A DNA stretch of 64,000 nt from an uncultured Acidobacteriota bacterium (GCA_963770895.1 CAVYRF010000002.1:3264001-3328000), one strand, 5' to 3'; shown: positions 24,592-35,268, counted from the stretch's first letter. Numbers and translations are program-made. The notes: generated from the sequence alone by a model not told the origin.

Positions 24592-25767
24592 ATGCCCACG
24601 TTCCCGTCCGTGCTCCATCTCCCGCTCCAGCGGCGCGGCTCGCCGGGCCGGCCGGGGCAGGGGAGCGCGCCGCCCGGCAGCCGCGGCGGCTGGCCGCCGC
24701 CGCGCGGCCCCGCCGCCACCGGCTCGCCGCCTGCGCAGCAGCCCCCAGGTCGACGTGGACGGGCGCCGCTGGTGCTCGGCGCGATCGCCGTGCTGGTGGC
24801 GATGATGGCGATCGTCATCGTGTCGAGCCTGGACCGCGCCTCGACCGGCAGCCGCCGGCCGATGGTGCCGCTGCTGGCCGCCTCCGGCGCCGCGCGCGGC
24901 GGCCTGGTCGTGCTGACCGAAAGCCCGCGCTTCGCCCAGGGTCCGCTGGCGAGCGGCGCCCGCTTCGATGCCGGCTGGGTGGCAGGTGCCGCCGGCGGCC
25001 GGCCGGCGCTGATGCCGGCCGGGGGGACGGCGCGCCTGCTGGTGGTCAATCTCGGCGAAGAGCTGCAGCACGTCCTGACCCTGGACCTGGCGCGCGACGG
25101 GCTCCCCGAAGGCGAGCGGCTGAGCATCCGCACCGGCGACCGCGAGCTGGCCCGCGCCACCTTGAATGCCGCGTCCCTGCCGCTGCGCGTGCACCTGCCG
25201 GAAGACCTGCCCATCGGCCTCACCCCGCTCGACCTGGTGTTTTCGCCCGCCGGCCCGCCGGCCGGCGCGGCGCCGGTTGCGGCCGCGGCGGGCGGTGGCC
25301 CGGCAGAACGCACGGCCGCGGGGGCCGGGCCGGGTGCCGGTGCATCCCTGGCCGTGTACGGCGCCGAGTGGTCGCCGGTTCTGCCGCCGGGCACGGCGCG
25401 GGTGGACGGCGACGCCATCGTGCAGGACGGCAACTCCCTGGTGTACCTGGCGTGCGAGCTGGCCGGCAACGAGGCGCTGGTGGGCACCTTCGAGCCGCCG
25501 GCGGACGCGCGGCCGGGGCAGCGCTTCGACCTCAGCATCGAGCGCCTGGACGGCACGCCGATCCGCCGCTTCCACTGGCTGCCGAGCTTTTGGAACCGCC
25601 TGCGCGGCGCCCGCCGCTTCGAGCTGCCGCTGCGCGGCGCGCGCGGGCCGGCGCGGGTGCGGCTGACCGCGCGCGCAGGCGACGCCGGCGGCCCGCCGGG
25701 ACGCTGGCGCGGGCTCGGTCTGGCGAGCGTCACCGGCGAGATCCTCTCTCCGGGTCAGGGCCAGTAG
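24592..25767 (+). CDS. membrane-anchored hypothetical protein
   Basis: GC-typical coding ORF with one TM segment and a beta-rich body. Start uncertain. Confidence 0.55.
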   Translation: MPTFPSVLHLPLQRRGSPGRPGQGSAPPGSRGGWPPPRGPAATGSPPAQQPPGRRGRAPLVLGAIAVLVAMMAIVIVSSLDRASTGSRRPMVPLLAASGAARGGLVVLTESPRFAQGPLASGARFDAGWVAGAAGGRPALMPAGGTARLLVVNLGEELQHVLTLDLARDGLPEGERLSIRTGDRELARATLNAASLPLRVHLPEDLPIGLTPLDLVFSPAGPPAGAAPVAAAAGGGPAERTAAGAGPGAGASLAVYGAEWSPVLPPGTARVDGDAIVQDGNSLVYLACELAGNEALVGTFEPPADARPGQRFDLSIERLDGTPIRRFHWLPSFWNRLRGARRFELPLRGARGPARVRLTARAGDAGGPPGRWRGLGLASVTGEILSPGQGQ

Positions 25768-25771
25768 AGCG

Positions 25772-27016
25772 ATGTGGCGGCGCTGGGTTCTGCCGCTCGG
25801 GGCGGCCTTCCTGCTCGCGGTCGGACTGACCCTGGCGCTGCACGGCGTCCGCTGGGCGGCGCTGCGCTGGCGCGGCGCGATCCGCGGCGCGCAGTGGATC
25901 TGGGTGCCGCACGACCGCCACACCGCCCAGCCGGTGGCGTTTTACGCGGTGCGCGACTTCACGCTGGCGCCGCCGCCGGCGCGCGCCCTGCTGATGGCGC
26001 TGGGCGATGCCGAATACGTGCTCTACCTCAACGGCAAGCGGGTGGGTGCCGGCGGTTGGCGGCCGGGCGCGCGCCTGGACGCCTATGAGGTGGGGCCGCT
26101 GCTGCGGCCCGGCGGCAATCGCCTGCTGGTCGAGCTGCGCAGCGCCGGCGGCGCCGGCGGTTTTCTGGCCAGCCTCGAAGACGAATCCAGCCGGCGCGTG
26201 CTGGTGGCCACCAACGACCAGTGGCTGACGTTTCGCCGTCATCGCGTCGGCCTGGTGCGCGGCTGGCTGCCGGTCTTGCCGTTTGCTCCCGGCGTCCGCG
26301 TCGCCGCCGGCGCTGTCGGCGCGCTGCCGGGCTGGAACCAGCCCAGCGAGGCGGCGGCCAGCTGGGGCAGCCCGCCGATCGGCCGCTGGGGGCGCGTCAC
26401 CCCCGGCTGGCGGCGCCCGCTGTTCGAGGAGCTGACGGCCGGCCGGCCGCCCGTGGCCGCGGTGTCCGAAGCCCTGTACAGCCCGCCGCCGGTGACGGGC
26501 GTGGCGGGCGACGACTCGATGGTGCTCTTCGACTGGGGGCGCGAGGTGACCGGCTACCTGGCCCTGGAGACCGGCTTCGAGCCCGGCATGGACCCCGACC
26601 TGGTGGCGGCGCCGCCCGACCGGCAGCGCACGGCCCTGCTGTGGGTGGGGGATGCGCCGCCGCGCCCGACCGGCGAGGGGGCCGAGCCCGACGGCGCCGT
26701 GATCGTCATGGCCAGCGCCGAGCAGTGGCTGGATGCGCACCCCCGCCGCTTCCGCTATGCGCTGGTGATCGGCATCCGGCGGCCGCTCGCGGCGTCGGTC
26801 TACGCCATCGACCAGCCGCTCGCCGCGCGCTACGGAATCGACGTCGCTGTGGGGGCGGCGGGTGCCAACGGTGCCGCGGCGCCGGGCGAAGGTGCCGGGG
26901 CGGCCGTGCGCGGCGTGTTCGGGCTGGCGCCGCCGCGGCTACGAACGCCGGTGGAGAACGAAATCCGGCGCAAACTCAAGCGCCTCGCGAGCGTCGCCGG
27001 GCGGAAAGAACTGTAG
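25772..27016 (+). CDS. hypothetical protein with alpha-L-rhamnosidase N-terminal-like beta-sandwich domains
   Basis: AQWIW, YVLYLNGKRVG, LLRPGGNRLLV, LFDWGREVTGY, FRYALV. Confidence 0.6.
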   Translation: MWRRWVLPLGAAFLLAVGLTLALHGVRWAALRWRGAIRGAQWIWVPHDRHTAQPVAFYAVRDFTLAPPPARALLMALGDAEYVLYLNGKRVGAGGWRPGARLDAYEVGPLLRPGGNRLLVELRSAGGAGGFLASLEDESSRRVLVATNDQWLTFRRHRVGLVRGWLPVLPFAPGVRVAAGAVGALPGWNQPSEAAASWGSPPIGRWGRVTPGWRRPLFEELTAGRPPVAAVSEALYSPPPVTGVAGDDSMVLFDWGREVTGYLALETGFEPGMDPDLVAAPPDRQRTALLWVGDAPPRPTGEGAEPDGAVIVMASAEQWLDAHPRRFRYALVIGIRRPLAASVYAIDQPLAARYGIDVAVGAAGANGAAAPGEGAGAAVRGVFGLAPPRLRTPVENEIRRKLKRLASVAGRKEL

Positions 27017-27958
27017 CTCCTGCTGGGCGCGCAGGGCGTAGCCTTCGGCGATCTCGGCGGTTTCGGCCAGGGTGCCTTCGCGCGCCACCAGGTCCAGGAT
27101 CTGCTGCGGCGCCACGCGCACGAAATCGCGCTCCTCCAAGACGGTCTGGATCATCCGCCTTTCGGCCGGACCGATGCGCGACAGCATCAGGATCAGGGGC
27201 AGCGTCAGCTTGCCCTCCTTGAGGTCCGACAGCACCGGCTTGCCCAGCTCGCTTTCGCGAGCCGTGAAGTCCAGCAGGTCGTCCACCACCTGGAAGCAGG
27301 TGCCGAGCGCGCGCCCGTAGTGCGCCAGGACCTGGCCCGCCTCGGGGCGTTGCGGCGGGATGAGGCTGGGGATCGAGCAGGCGGCGGCGAACAGGTGCGC
27401 GGTCTTGCGGTCGATCACCTCGAAGTACTCTTCGACCGAGATGTCGATCGCGCCCAGGCGCTCCAGCGCCAGCAGCTCGCCCTCGGTCATCTTGAGGGTG
27501 GCGGCGCAGAGGCGCTGCACCACCTCCAGCTGGCCGTGCGAAAGCGCCATCTGCATGGCCTTGGTGTAGATCCAGTCGCCCAGCAGCACCGTCAGGTTGT
27601 TGCCCCAGAGGTGGTTGAGCGTCGGCTGGCCGCGCCGCAGGTGGGCGTGGTCGATGATGTCGTCGTGGATCAGGGTGGCGTTGTGGATGAACTCCACCAC
27701 CGCGGCGTAGGTGACCTCCTCTTCGGAGTCGTGCCCCAGCAGGCGCGCGGCCAGCAGCAGCAGCGCCGGGCGGATGCGCTTGCCGCCGCCCTGGCGGATG
27801 TAGACCCCCGCCTGGTGGATGAACGGCACGTCCGAATCGAGGTGGCGGCGGAACACCTCCTCGGTCGCCACCAGCTTGGGGGCCACCAGGTCGAGGAAGC
27901 GGCTGGCCTGCACCGAGCGGTCGCCGGCCTGAGAGTCAACTAGGGGAGGGTTGGTCAC
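26939..27958 (-). CDS. polyprenyl diphosphate synthase
   Basis: GGKRIRP, LIHDDIID, RRG, KTA, FQVVDDLLD, DLKEGKLT. GTG start uncertain. Confidence 0.92.
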   Translation of the reverse strand: MTNPPLVDSQAGDRSVQASRFLDLVAPKLVATEEVFRRHLDSDVPFIHQAGVYIRQGGGKRIRPALLLLAARLLGHDSEEEVTYAAVVEFIHNATLIHDDIIDHAHLRRGQPTLNHLWGNNLTVLLGDWIYTKAMQMALSHGQLEVVQRLCAATLKMTEGELLALERLGAIDISVEEYFEVIDRKTAHLFAAACSIPSLIPPQRPEAGQVLAHYGRALGTCFQVVDDLLDFTARESELGKPVLSDLKEGKLTLPLILMLSRIGPAERRMIQTVLEERDFVRVAPQQILDLVAREGTLAETAEIAEGYALRAQQELQFFPPGDAREALEFAPDFVLHRRS

Positions 27959-28008
27959 CCGCGATGGTCCTTTGGGAAGCTGGGCACGGTGGAAGACATG
28001 GGAGGGTA

Positions 28009-28707
28009 TCAGAAGCGCTTCACCGGATCGAACGGATCGACCTGGGCGAGCACGCCGCCGCGGAAGCGGTAGACCTTGCCGGCGTCGAAGTACCACCAGG
28101 TCACTTCGTCCTCCTGCGGCCGGCCGGTGTAGTTGGTGCGCTTCACGTCGTCGGGGGTGCCCATCTCCTGGTAGACCCGTTTCTGGTCGGCACCCTGGAT
28201 CGAGGCGAGGAAATCGCGCAACCGGTCGACGAACGCGCGGTTGTGCACCACGATCGCCGATACCACCGGGCTCCCCGCCTGCACGCTCTTGGAGGCGTCC
28301 TCCCGCTCCAGCACTTCGAGGGTCTCATCCTTGCCCCGCCGCACGTTGACTCCGGCGAGCAGCTCGAAGCGGTTGAAGTAGCTGTCCCAGGGCCAGTCCA
28401 GAGTGTACTCGCCCTGGGCGTTGGTCAGTCCGCTCACCCGGCGCACGTCCTTTTCGGTGCGGCGCAGCTCGCGCAGGCTGATATAGCTGCGGGCCACCTC
28501 CAGCACCACCCGCACGTCCGGCAGCGGCCTGCCGGCGGTATCGGTGACCAGCCCGGTGAACAGCACGTGGTCGCCCTGCTGGTAGGGCGACGCCGTCGCC
28601 GTGCCGGTCAGCACCAGGGATGCCGCCAGCGTCAGGGTCAGAACCAGGGCGATGCCGGAGCCAGGGCGTCGAGCGGCAAATCGGAGGCGGCGCGGCGCAA
28701 TCGGCAT
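28009..28707 (-). CDS. secreted protein with carboxypeptidase-regulatory-like domain
   Basis: Signal peptide, TGLVTDTAGRPLPDVRV...TNAQGEY, C-terminal MGTPD...WWYF. Confidence 0.6.
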   Translation of the reverse strand: MPIAPRRLRFAARRPGSGIALVLTLTLAASLVLTGTATASPYQQGDHVLFTGLVTDTAGRPLPDVRVVLEVARSYISLRELRRTEKDVRRVSGLTNAQGEYTLDWPWDSYFNRFELLAGVNVRRGKDETLEVLEREDASKSVQAGSPVVSAIVVHNRAFVDRLRDFLASIQGADQKRVYQEMGTPDDVKRTNYTGRPQEDEVTWWYFDAGKVYRFRGGVLAQVDPFDPVKRF

Positions 28708-28742
28708 CGGCGAGGGCGGGTCCTGGGGGTGATGGCCGGCGG

Positions 28743-29240
28743 TCAGTTCGAGCGGTAGTTGGTGAAATTCAGCGGCACGTCGAGATCGAGCCCTTTGAGC
28801 AGTGCGATCGCGGCCTGCAGGTCGTCGCGGTTCTTGCCAGAGACGCGCACCGTATCACCCTGGATCGACGCCTGCACCTTCATTTTCTTGGCCTTGATTT
28901 CAGCCACCATGCGCTTGGCGGTCTCCACCGGGATGCCCTGCTGGAGCGAGGTGCGCTGCCGCACCTTGCCGCCGCTTGCCGGCTCCACCTTGCCGGGCCG
29001 CAGCGACTTGAGGTGCACGCCGCGGCGCACCAGCTTGGTCTTGACGACTTCCATCGCCTGATTGAGGGAGAATTCATCGGCGGCACCCAGCACGATGTCT
29101 TCGCCTTCGAGGCTCAGCTCGGCGGCGGCCTTCTTGAGGTCGTAGCGCGTGGCGATCTCTTTTTCGGCCTGCGCGATCGCGTTGCGGACCTCCTGGAAGT
29201 TCACCGTGGATTCGACGTCGAAGGAGTTGTCAGCTGCCAT
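28743..29240 (-). CDS. yajQ: YajQ family nucleotide/c-di-GMP-binding protein
   Basis: SFDVES, EIATRYDLK, KVQASIQGDTVRVSGKNRDDLQ, FTNYR. Confidence 0.95.
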   Translation of the reverse strand: MAADNSFDVESTVNFQEVRNAIAQAEKEIATRYDLKKAAAELSLEGEDIVLGAADEFSLNQAMEVVKTKLVRRGVHLKSLRPGKVEPASGGKVRQRTSLQQGIPVETAKRMVAEIKAKKMKVQASIQGDTVRVSGKNRDDLQAAIALLKGLDLDVPLNFTNYRSN

Positions 29241-29487
29241 GGCCGCGATGAGATGAGGTTGGTTGGTGGGGGCGGGGAAGCCGGGCTGTCACGAACGACA
29301 AACCCTCCAGGCTCCAGGCTTAAGCCTGCCGTACGGGAGCCCATTATACGGAAAGCCGGGCCGCCCGGCCATCTCCGCGGCCGGCGCCGCCGGCGCCGGA
29401 AGCAGGCCGCAACTGCGCAAATGCTGCTGTCAAGAAATCGGGCTGAAAAGCCATATTGCTGGTGCGTCACGTCCGGCGGCGCGGGGG

Positions 29488-30264
29488 TCAGCGCTGGTCC
29501 TCCCACTGGATGCCGGCGGGAGGGGAAAACTGCCCGGCCGGCAGGGCGTGATAGTCGCCGATCTGGAACCGGGTCAGGTTGCCCTCGCGGTCGTGGTACG
29601 AGACCTCGACGACGCGCAGGCTGGCGCCGTCGATGGTCAGGGCCGCGTCGGTCAGCTGCGCCGTCTTGGCCTTGGGAGACAGGCGCACCTGCACCGCAGG
29701 CGGCGCGCCGCCTGAGGCGGTGCTGCCGGCGTGGGCCGAGCTGGGGGCGGCGGCGCCGGCTGGAGCGGGGGAGGCCGTGGCGGTCGCGTCATAGCGCGCC
29801 TTCAGGTCGTCCACCCCCAGCAGCAGCAGGTCCAGGCCCGGCTCGTTCTTGCGATCCACGTGGTACCGGCGGCCGGTGTGGTCCTCCGCGTTCCAGGCGT
29901 GCACCATGTCGCCGCACAGCAGGAAGCTCTTGGGGTACGGGTCGCGGTAGTCCCAGCGCAGGCAGTCCGGCAGGTGCAGCGACAGGCTGCCCGTCTCCTT
30001 TTCGCCCGAGCTGAAGCCCGCCGGGATGTACGTCTGGGTGAAGGCCGCGCCGGATGCCCCGGCCTCCGCCAGGCTCAGCCGCACCCGGGCCAGCCATACC
30101 CAGGGGTCGGTTGCCGTCGCGGCGGCCGCCGCCGGGTGCGCGGGCGCCGCGGCGGCCAGCAGGATTGCGCAGGCCAGTGCCGCCAGGCCGAGGGCCGCGC
30201 CATATGCCGGCTGCAGGTGCGGGCGCCGCGGCGCGAGCGGCGGAGCGGACGTGTGCTTTGCCAT
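29488..30264 (-). CDS. lolA: outer-membrane lipoprotein carrier LolA-like protein
   Basis: Signal peptide, AFTQTY, PDCLRWDY, DREGNLTRF, FSPPAG. Confidence 0.75.
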   Translation of the reverse strand: MAKHTSAPPLAPRRPHLQPAYGAALGLAALACAILLAAAAPAHPAAAAATATDPWVWLARVRLSLAEAGASGAAFTQTYIPAGFSSGEKETGSLSLHLPDCLRWDYRDPYPKSFLLCGDMVHAWNAEDHTGRRYHVDRKNEPGLDLLLLGVDDLKARYDATATASPAPAGAAAPSSAHAGSTASGGAPPAVQVRLSPKAKTAQLTDAALTIDGASLRVVEVSYHDREGNLTRFQIGDYHALPAGQFSPPAGIQWEDQR

Positions 30265-30291
30265 CGTGTTCAGTCCTTCCTACCCCTATCC

Positions 30292-32029
30292 TCAATGACG
30301 GAAATGGCGGGTGCCGGTGAGCAACATCGCCATGTTGTGCTCATCGGCGGCGGCGATCACCTCCGCGTCGTTCTTGCTGCCGCCCGGTTGCACCACGGCG
30401 GTGACCCCTGCCGCGCCCAGCACGTCCAGGCCGTCGCGGAAGGGGAAGAAGGCGTCCGACGCGGCCACCGTGCCGGCGACCGGCAGCTGCGCCTTCGAGA
30501 TCGCGATGCGGCACGAATCGAACGCGGCTCATCTGGCCGGCGCCGATTCCGACGGTCTGGTCGGCGTTCGCCAGCACGATCGCGTTCGACTTGACGTAGC
30601 GGCCCACCCGCCAGGCAAAGTCGAGGGCGCGCCGCTCTTCGGCGGTCGGGGCGCGGCGCGTCGGCGACGTCCAGCTGGCCGGATCGCTATCGGCGGCGGC
30701 ATCCGGCGGCTGGGCCAGAAACCCGCCGGCGATGGCGCGCAGCTCGATCTCGCCCGGCGCGGTGCGGTACAGCGGGCACTCGATCAGGCGCAGGTTCTTT
30801 TTGCGTCCGAACAGCCGGCGCGCCTCGTCGTCGAAGGCCGGCGCCACCAGCACCTCGACGAACAGATTGGCCATCGCGGCCGCCAGCGCGCCGTCTACCG
30901 TGCCAGTCACCGCGATCACCGAGCCGAACGCCGACACCGGGTCGGTCGCCACGGCCAGCTGGTACGCCTCGGCGAGGCTGGCGGCGCGGCCGATGCCGCA
31001 GGGGTTGTTGTGTTTGACGATCACCACCGTCGGCCCGGCAAACAGCCCCGCGATCTTGCGCGCCGCGTCGGCGTCCAGCAGGTTGTTCCACGACAGCTCC
31101 TTGCCCGCCAGCTGGCGGAACCCGCCGAGAGCGCCGCCCGCCGCGGTGAACGCGGCCAGCGCCGGCGACGCCGGTTCCTGGGTCGAGCTACCTGTCGAGG
31201 CCCCCGACGACGCGCCGCGCACCGCGTACACGGCGCCGCCCTGGTGGGGATTCTCGCCGTAGCGCAGCTCCGCCGTGCGCTCCAGCTCCAGGACCAGGCG
31301 CGGTGGGAAGGTCGCCGCGGTGGCGCCGGCGGCCGCGGCGGGCTGGCCGGCGGCGGCGTCGCCACCTCCGGCGGAGGGCTGGCCGGCGCCTGGCTGCGGC
31401 GCGGACGCCGCGGCCGGTGCGCCCGGAGCGTCGGCCGGATGGTGACTGGCCAGCCAGTCGGCCACCGCGGCGTCGTACGCCTGGGTGTGGCGGAACGCCT
31501 TGAGCGCAAACTCCTGGCGCAAGGGTTCTGGCACCACGCCGTCGTTGGCCGAAAGCGCCGCCAGCAGGCGGGTGTAGTCGTCAGGGTCCACCACCACCGC
31601 CACGCCGCCAAAGTTCTTGGCCGCGGCGCGCACCATCGCCGGTCCGCCGATGTCGATCTGCTCGATCACCTCGTCGAAGGTGGCGGACTCGTTGGCGGCC
31701 GTCTCGCGGAATGGATACAGGTTCACGATCACCAGGTCGATGCGGTCGATCCCATGCTCGGCCAGCTGCTCGGTATGCGCCGGCTCCGAGCGGCGCGCCA
31801 GGATGCCGGCGTGGATTCGCGGGTGCAACGTCTTCACCCGCCCGTCCAGGATCTCGGGGAACCCCGTCACGTCGGCCACCGCCAGCGCGGAGATGCCCAG
31901 ACCGCGCAGGTGGGCCAGAGTGCCGCCGGTCGACACCACCTGAATGTGCAGCGTTTCCAGGCCGCGGACCAGCGCCGCAAGCCCTCTCTTGTCGGATACA
32001 GAAACCAGGGCACGGTGGGCCGGCAACAT
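30292..32029 (-). pseudogene. purH: bifunctional AICAR transformylase/IMP cyclohydrolase with a 1-bp frameshift at ~30521
   Basis: ALVSVSDK, GRVKTLHP, IDIGGP, LRYGENPHQ, KHNNPCG, VKSNAI. After GQMSRV the frame shifts, and the alternative frame reads DSCRIA...[10 protein letters not shown]...QPGGS...RHFRH*. Confidence 0.9.
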
Positions 32030-32234
32030 GGCGATGGACTCCCAGCAGGTTGCGGCGACGGACGGCACATCCAAGGCCGCGGAGGGCCGGCGCCCGTCAA
32101 ACCAGGTCAAGATGCGAACCCGGCAAGCGCCGGGACATGGACAGCGACGGCTGAGCGAGCGGGCCGGTCCGCGGATTCCGGGCTCCGGGTCCACCGGCGC
32201 GAATGGCGCGACCGGCAAGCGACCTGACGTGCCG

Positions 32235-33050
32235 CTAACGCCCCGTCAAGGTCGCCGCGGGCCTGCCCGCGCGCGGCAGCCGCAGCAGCTTGGTGCCGTT
32301 TGCAGGCAGGCTGGTGCGCTGGTCGCCGCCGCCCGCCCGCAGCCAAATATAGCGCAGCACCACCGCCTCGTCGGTCACCGCGTGGCTGAAGGACACCGAA
32401 GCCACCCCGAACGCCGTCGAGCGATCGTCGAAGCGGCCGATCCCCGAAGCGAAGTCGATCTTGCGATACTCCAGTCCGATCATGGGGTACAGCTCACGCC
32501 CGCGGCGCAGCGCCGCCGCCACCACCGCCGACACATCCGCGGATCGATCCAACCCGGGCTGCAGGCCGTAGAACACCAGAGGAAACCGCGGCTCCGCCGT
32601 CTCCGCATAGCGCAGGTAGTCGACAAAATACCGCCCCACCTCGGGGTCGTCCGCCGACGCCGCCAGCGGATTGTCCGCGTCCGCCACAAAATGCACCGCC
32701 ACCCCCATGCTCGCCACGATCTCGTCGAACGGACGATGGGTGCGGATCGCCGTCACCGCCTGCGCCACCGCCTCCTCCAGCGCGGCATTCAACCCCCCGC
32801 TGCCGTCGGCACTCTGATGATGGCGGGCCGGGTCGGAATCGGAGAAGGGGCGCACCACCCCGGACAGATACGCCGCCCGGCGCCGCACCAGCTGCCGCGC
32901 CAGGTCCGGCGGCGCCAGCTGCGCCGCCTCCCAGGCCATCGTCTCCTGCATGCGAGGAGTCCACGCCCAAGCCCCAGCCCGCGGGAGAGCCAGGTACATC
33001 GCGGCGAACACCAACATCGAACGCCATGGCCGGTAGCGCAGACTCGCCAT
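32235..33050 (-). CDS. secreted zinc-dependent phospholipase C / S1-P1 nuclease-like protein
   Basis: Signal peptide ending in AW, then HFVADADNPL (H-x-x-x-D-x-x-x-P) in a helical protein. Confidence 0.55.
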   Translation of the reverse strand: MASLRYRPWRSMLVFAAMYLALPRAGAWAWTPRMQETMAWEAAQLAPPDLARQLVRRRAAYLSGVVRPFSDSDPARHHQSADGSGGLNAALEEAVAQAVTAIRTHRPFDEIVASMGVAVHFVADADNPLAASADDPEVGRYFVDYLRYAETAEPRFPLVFYGLQPGLDRSADVSAVVAAALRRGRELYPMIGLEYRKIDFASGIGRFDDRSTAFGVASVSFSHAVTDEAVVLRYIWLRAGGGDQRTSLPANGTKLLRLPRAGRPAATLTGR

Positions 33051-33122
33051 GCGTGCACTATTGTACAGAGGAACCCTGCGCCCCCGCGTCTCACCGCGCC
33101 CCGTCGACCCAAGGAGGAGTCC

Positions 33123-33392
33123 GTGCCCGCCGCGAGTCCCCGCCACCTCGACGTGACCGGCACCTTCTGCCCCCTCCCCATCCTCCTCGCCGCCCGCGAG
33201 ATGCTCCGCCTCGCCACTGGCGACCTGCTGGAAATCGTCGGCGACGACCCCGCCATCCTGGAAGACATGCCCGTCTGGTGCGAACGCGCCGGCCACCGCC
33301 TGGTCCAGATCGAAGACCGCGACGGCCAGATCATCTCTCTGGTCGAAAAAGGCGCCGCCCCCCGCCGCCAACCTAAGCCCCGCCGCACCTGA
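33123..33392 (+). CDS. tusA: sulfurtransferase TusA family protein
   Basis: AAGGAGG RBS, LDVTGTFCPLP, DDPAILEDMPVWC. Confidence 0.9.
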   Translation: MPAASPRHLDVTGTFCPLPILLAAREMLRLATGDLLEIVGDDPAILEDMPVWCERAGHRLVQIEDRDGQIISLVEKGAAPRRQPKPRRT

Positions 33393-33605
33393 TCCCCCGC
33401 GGGCGCCGGCGTCGGCGGCCGCGACGACCGCTCCGGACGGCGCCAGTCGCAGCTTCACCAGGAGCGGCAGCACCGATCCACCAGCCCCAACCGTACCCGT
33501 TTGATCCCAAACCATATCCAGCTGGTCGTCAACCAACCGTACCCAGCAGGTCCCAAACCGCATCCGCCGCCTTCAATCCAGGGGCGCGCCGGCTCCGTCC
33601 GGGGT

Positions 33606-34829
33606 CTACGGCGGTGACGCCGTCACCACTTCCGCCAGCGCTGCCAGCAAAGTGTCGATCTCCTCGCGGGTGTTGTAGTAGTGCGGAGACATCCGCAGCA
33701 CCGACACCGCCCGCTTCGCATCCATGTCCCACACCCCATGCGAGCGGGTCGCGGAGCTCGTATTGATGCCACGCTGGCGCAGCCGCTGTTTCACGTCCGC
33801 CGCGCGCCACCCCTGGATCTCCGCCGTCACGATCGCGCACCGCTCCCCGCCGCGGTCCAGCACCCGCGCCCAAGGCATCGCCGCCAGCCGTTCGCGCAAC
33901 TCCGCCGCCAGCCCCCAGGCGCGAGCGAACCCGCCCTCGCCAACCTGCAGCGCATACCGGGCCGCCGCCCCCATCCCCAGGACCAACGCGTAAGGGAGCT
34001 CCCACTGTTCGAACCGCCGCGCCCCCGCAGCCAGCTCATACCCACCCGTCCCCGTCCACTCCGCCCCCCGCAGATCCGGCAACATCGGCCGCGTCCCGCG
34101 AGCAATCGCCGCCCCAGACACATACAGGAATCCGATCCCCCGCGGCCCGCGCAAGAACTTCCGCGCCGACGCCGCCAGAAAATCACACCCCAGCCGCCCC
34201 ACATCCACCGCCATCTGCCCCACGCACTGGCAAGCATCCACCAGGAACGGCACCCCCGCCGCCGCGCACACCGCGCCCACCTCCGCCGCCGCCTGCACCA
34301 ACCCCGAATTCGTCGGCACCCACGACAAGCAGACCAGCTTGCACCGCCCATCGCTCACCAGCTGCCGCACGCTCGCCGGGTCGATCCCCCCCTCCGGCCG
34401 CTCCGCCGCCACCACCGTCTCCACCCCAAACCGCTCCCCCAGCGCCAGGAACATGATCTGGTGCGAAGGGTAGTCGCACAGACTCGTCACAATCCGATCC
34501 CCCCGCTCCAGCCCCAGCGACCCCAGCACCACCTCCACCCCCCGCGTCGCACTCTCCACCACCGCAATCGCCCCCGCACCCGCCCCAATCAGCTCCCCAA
34601 TCGCCTCATACACCCCCGCCACCCGCTCCCAAGCCTCCTCCGCCGCCTCATACCCCCCAATCTCCGCCTCCCGCCGCCAATGCCCCTCCACCACCTCGAC
34701 CACCCCCCGAGGCATCAACCCCGCCCCCGCATTATTGAAATGCACCCGCCCCGCACACCCCGGCGTCTCCGCCCGCCACTCCGCCACCCGCGCCTCCACC
34801 AAATCCCCGTTCAGGTCCCCGTTCGTCAT
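33606..34829 (-). CDS. class V PLP aminotransferase / cysteine desulfurase-like
   Basis: HFNNAGAG, VDACQCVGQ, SARKFLRGPRG, RMSPHYYN. Confidence 0.88.
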   Translation of the reverse strand: MTNGDLNGDLVEARVAEWRAETPGCAGRVHFNNAGAGLMPRGVVEVVEGHWRREAEIGGYEAAEEAWERVAGVYEAIGELIGAGAGAIAVVESATRGVEVVLGSLGLERGDRIVTSLCDYPSHQIMFLALGERFGVETVVAAERPEGGIDPASVRQLVSDGRCKLVCLSWVPTNSGLVQAAAEVGAVCAAAGVPFLVDACQCVGQMAVDVGRLGCDFLAASARKFLRGPRGIGFLYVSGAAIARGTRPMLPDLRGAEWTGTGGYELAAGARRFEQWELPYALVLGMGAAARYALQVGEGGFARAWGLAAELRERLAAMPWARVLDRGGERCAIVTAEIQGWRAADVKQRLRQRGINTSSATRSHGVWDMDAKRAVSVLRMSPHYYNTREEIDTLLAALAEVVTASPP

Positions 34830-34973
34830 CGCCAGTCCCCTCAAGTCCCCCACCAAGCCCGCCAAGCCAGCGGCTCCCAGGCCCCCCCCGTTCCCTTCCG
34901 GCTGCAATTGCGACCAGCATAGCCGCCCCCACGCCTCCGGCGCCCTCCCCAAGCCCGCACCTCTCCCCGTACC

Positions 34974-35002
34974 TTGACGACCATCCCTGCACCTGCTACA
35001 AA
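34974..35002 (+). promoter_or_regulatory. putative tRNA promoter
   Basis: TTGACG-N17-TACAAA, 33 bp upstream of tRNA-Phe. Confidence 0.45.
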
Positions 35003-35035
35003 CTACCCCCCTCGGAGGCCGCACCAGCCTCCCCT

Positions 35036-35111
35036 GCCCAGGTAGCTCAGTTGGTAGAGCACGTGACTGAAAATCACGGTGTCGGCGGTTCAATTCCGTC
35101 CCTGGGCACCA
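35036..35111 (+). tRNA. tRNA-Phe(GAA)
   Basis: 76-nt cloverleaf from GCCCAGG to CCTGGGC-A-CCA. D-arm GCTC/GAGC, anticodon arm CGTGA-CTGAAAA-TCACG, T-loop TTCAATT. Confidence 0.98.
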
Positions 35112-35268
35112 AATAATACCAATGAAATCAGCGATTTAGTGATAGTCGACGGGCAAGGTGTCTTTGCCTGTTTGGCGCCTGGGCTGCCGCTGGGCTGTCG
35201 CAGATCGGGTTTCGCGACCCCTGCCAATCGGCGGCGACGGGTCTAGAATTGCCGGTGAGGGAGCCTCC

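Noticed and set aside
32030-32234. ZMP/ZTP riboswitch expected upstream of purH
   Set aside because: The consensus elements were not recognisable by eye. A covariance-model search would be needed.
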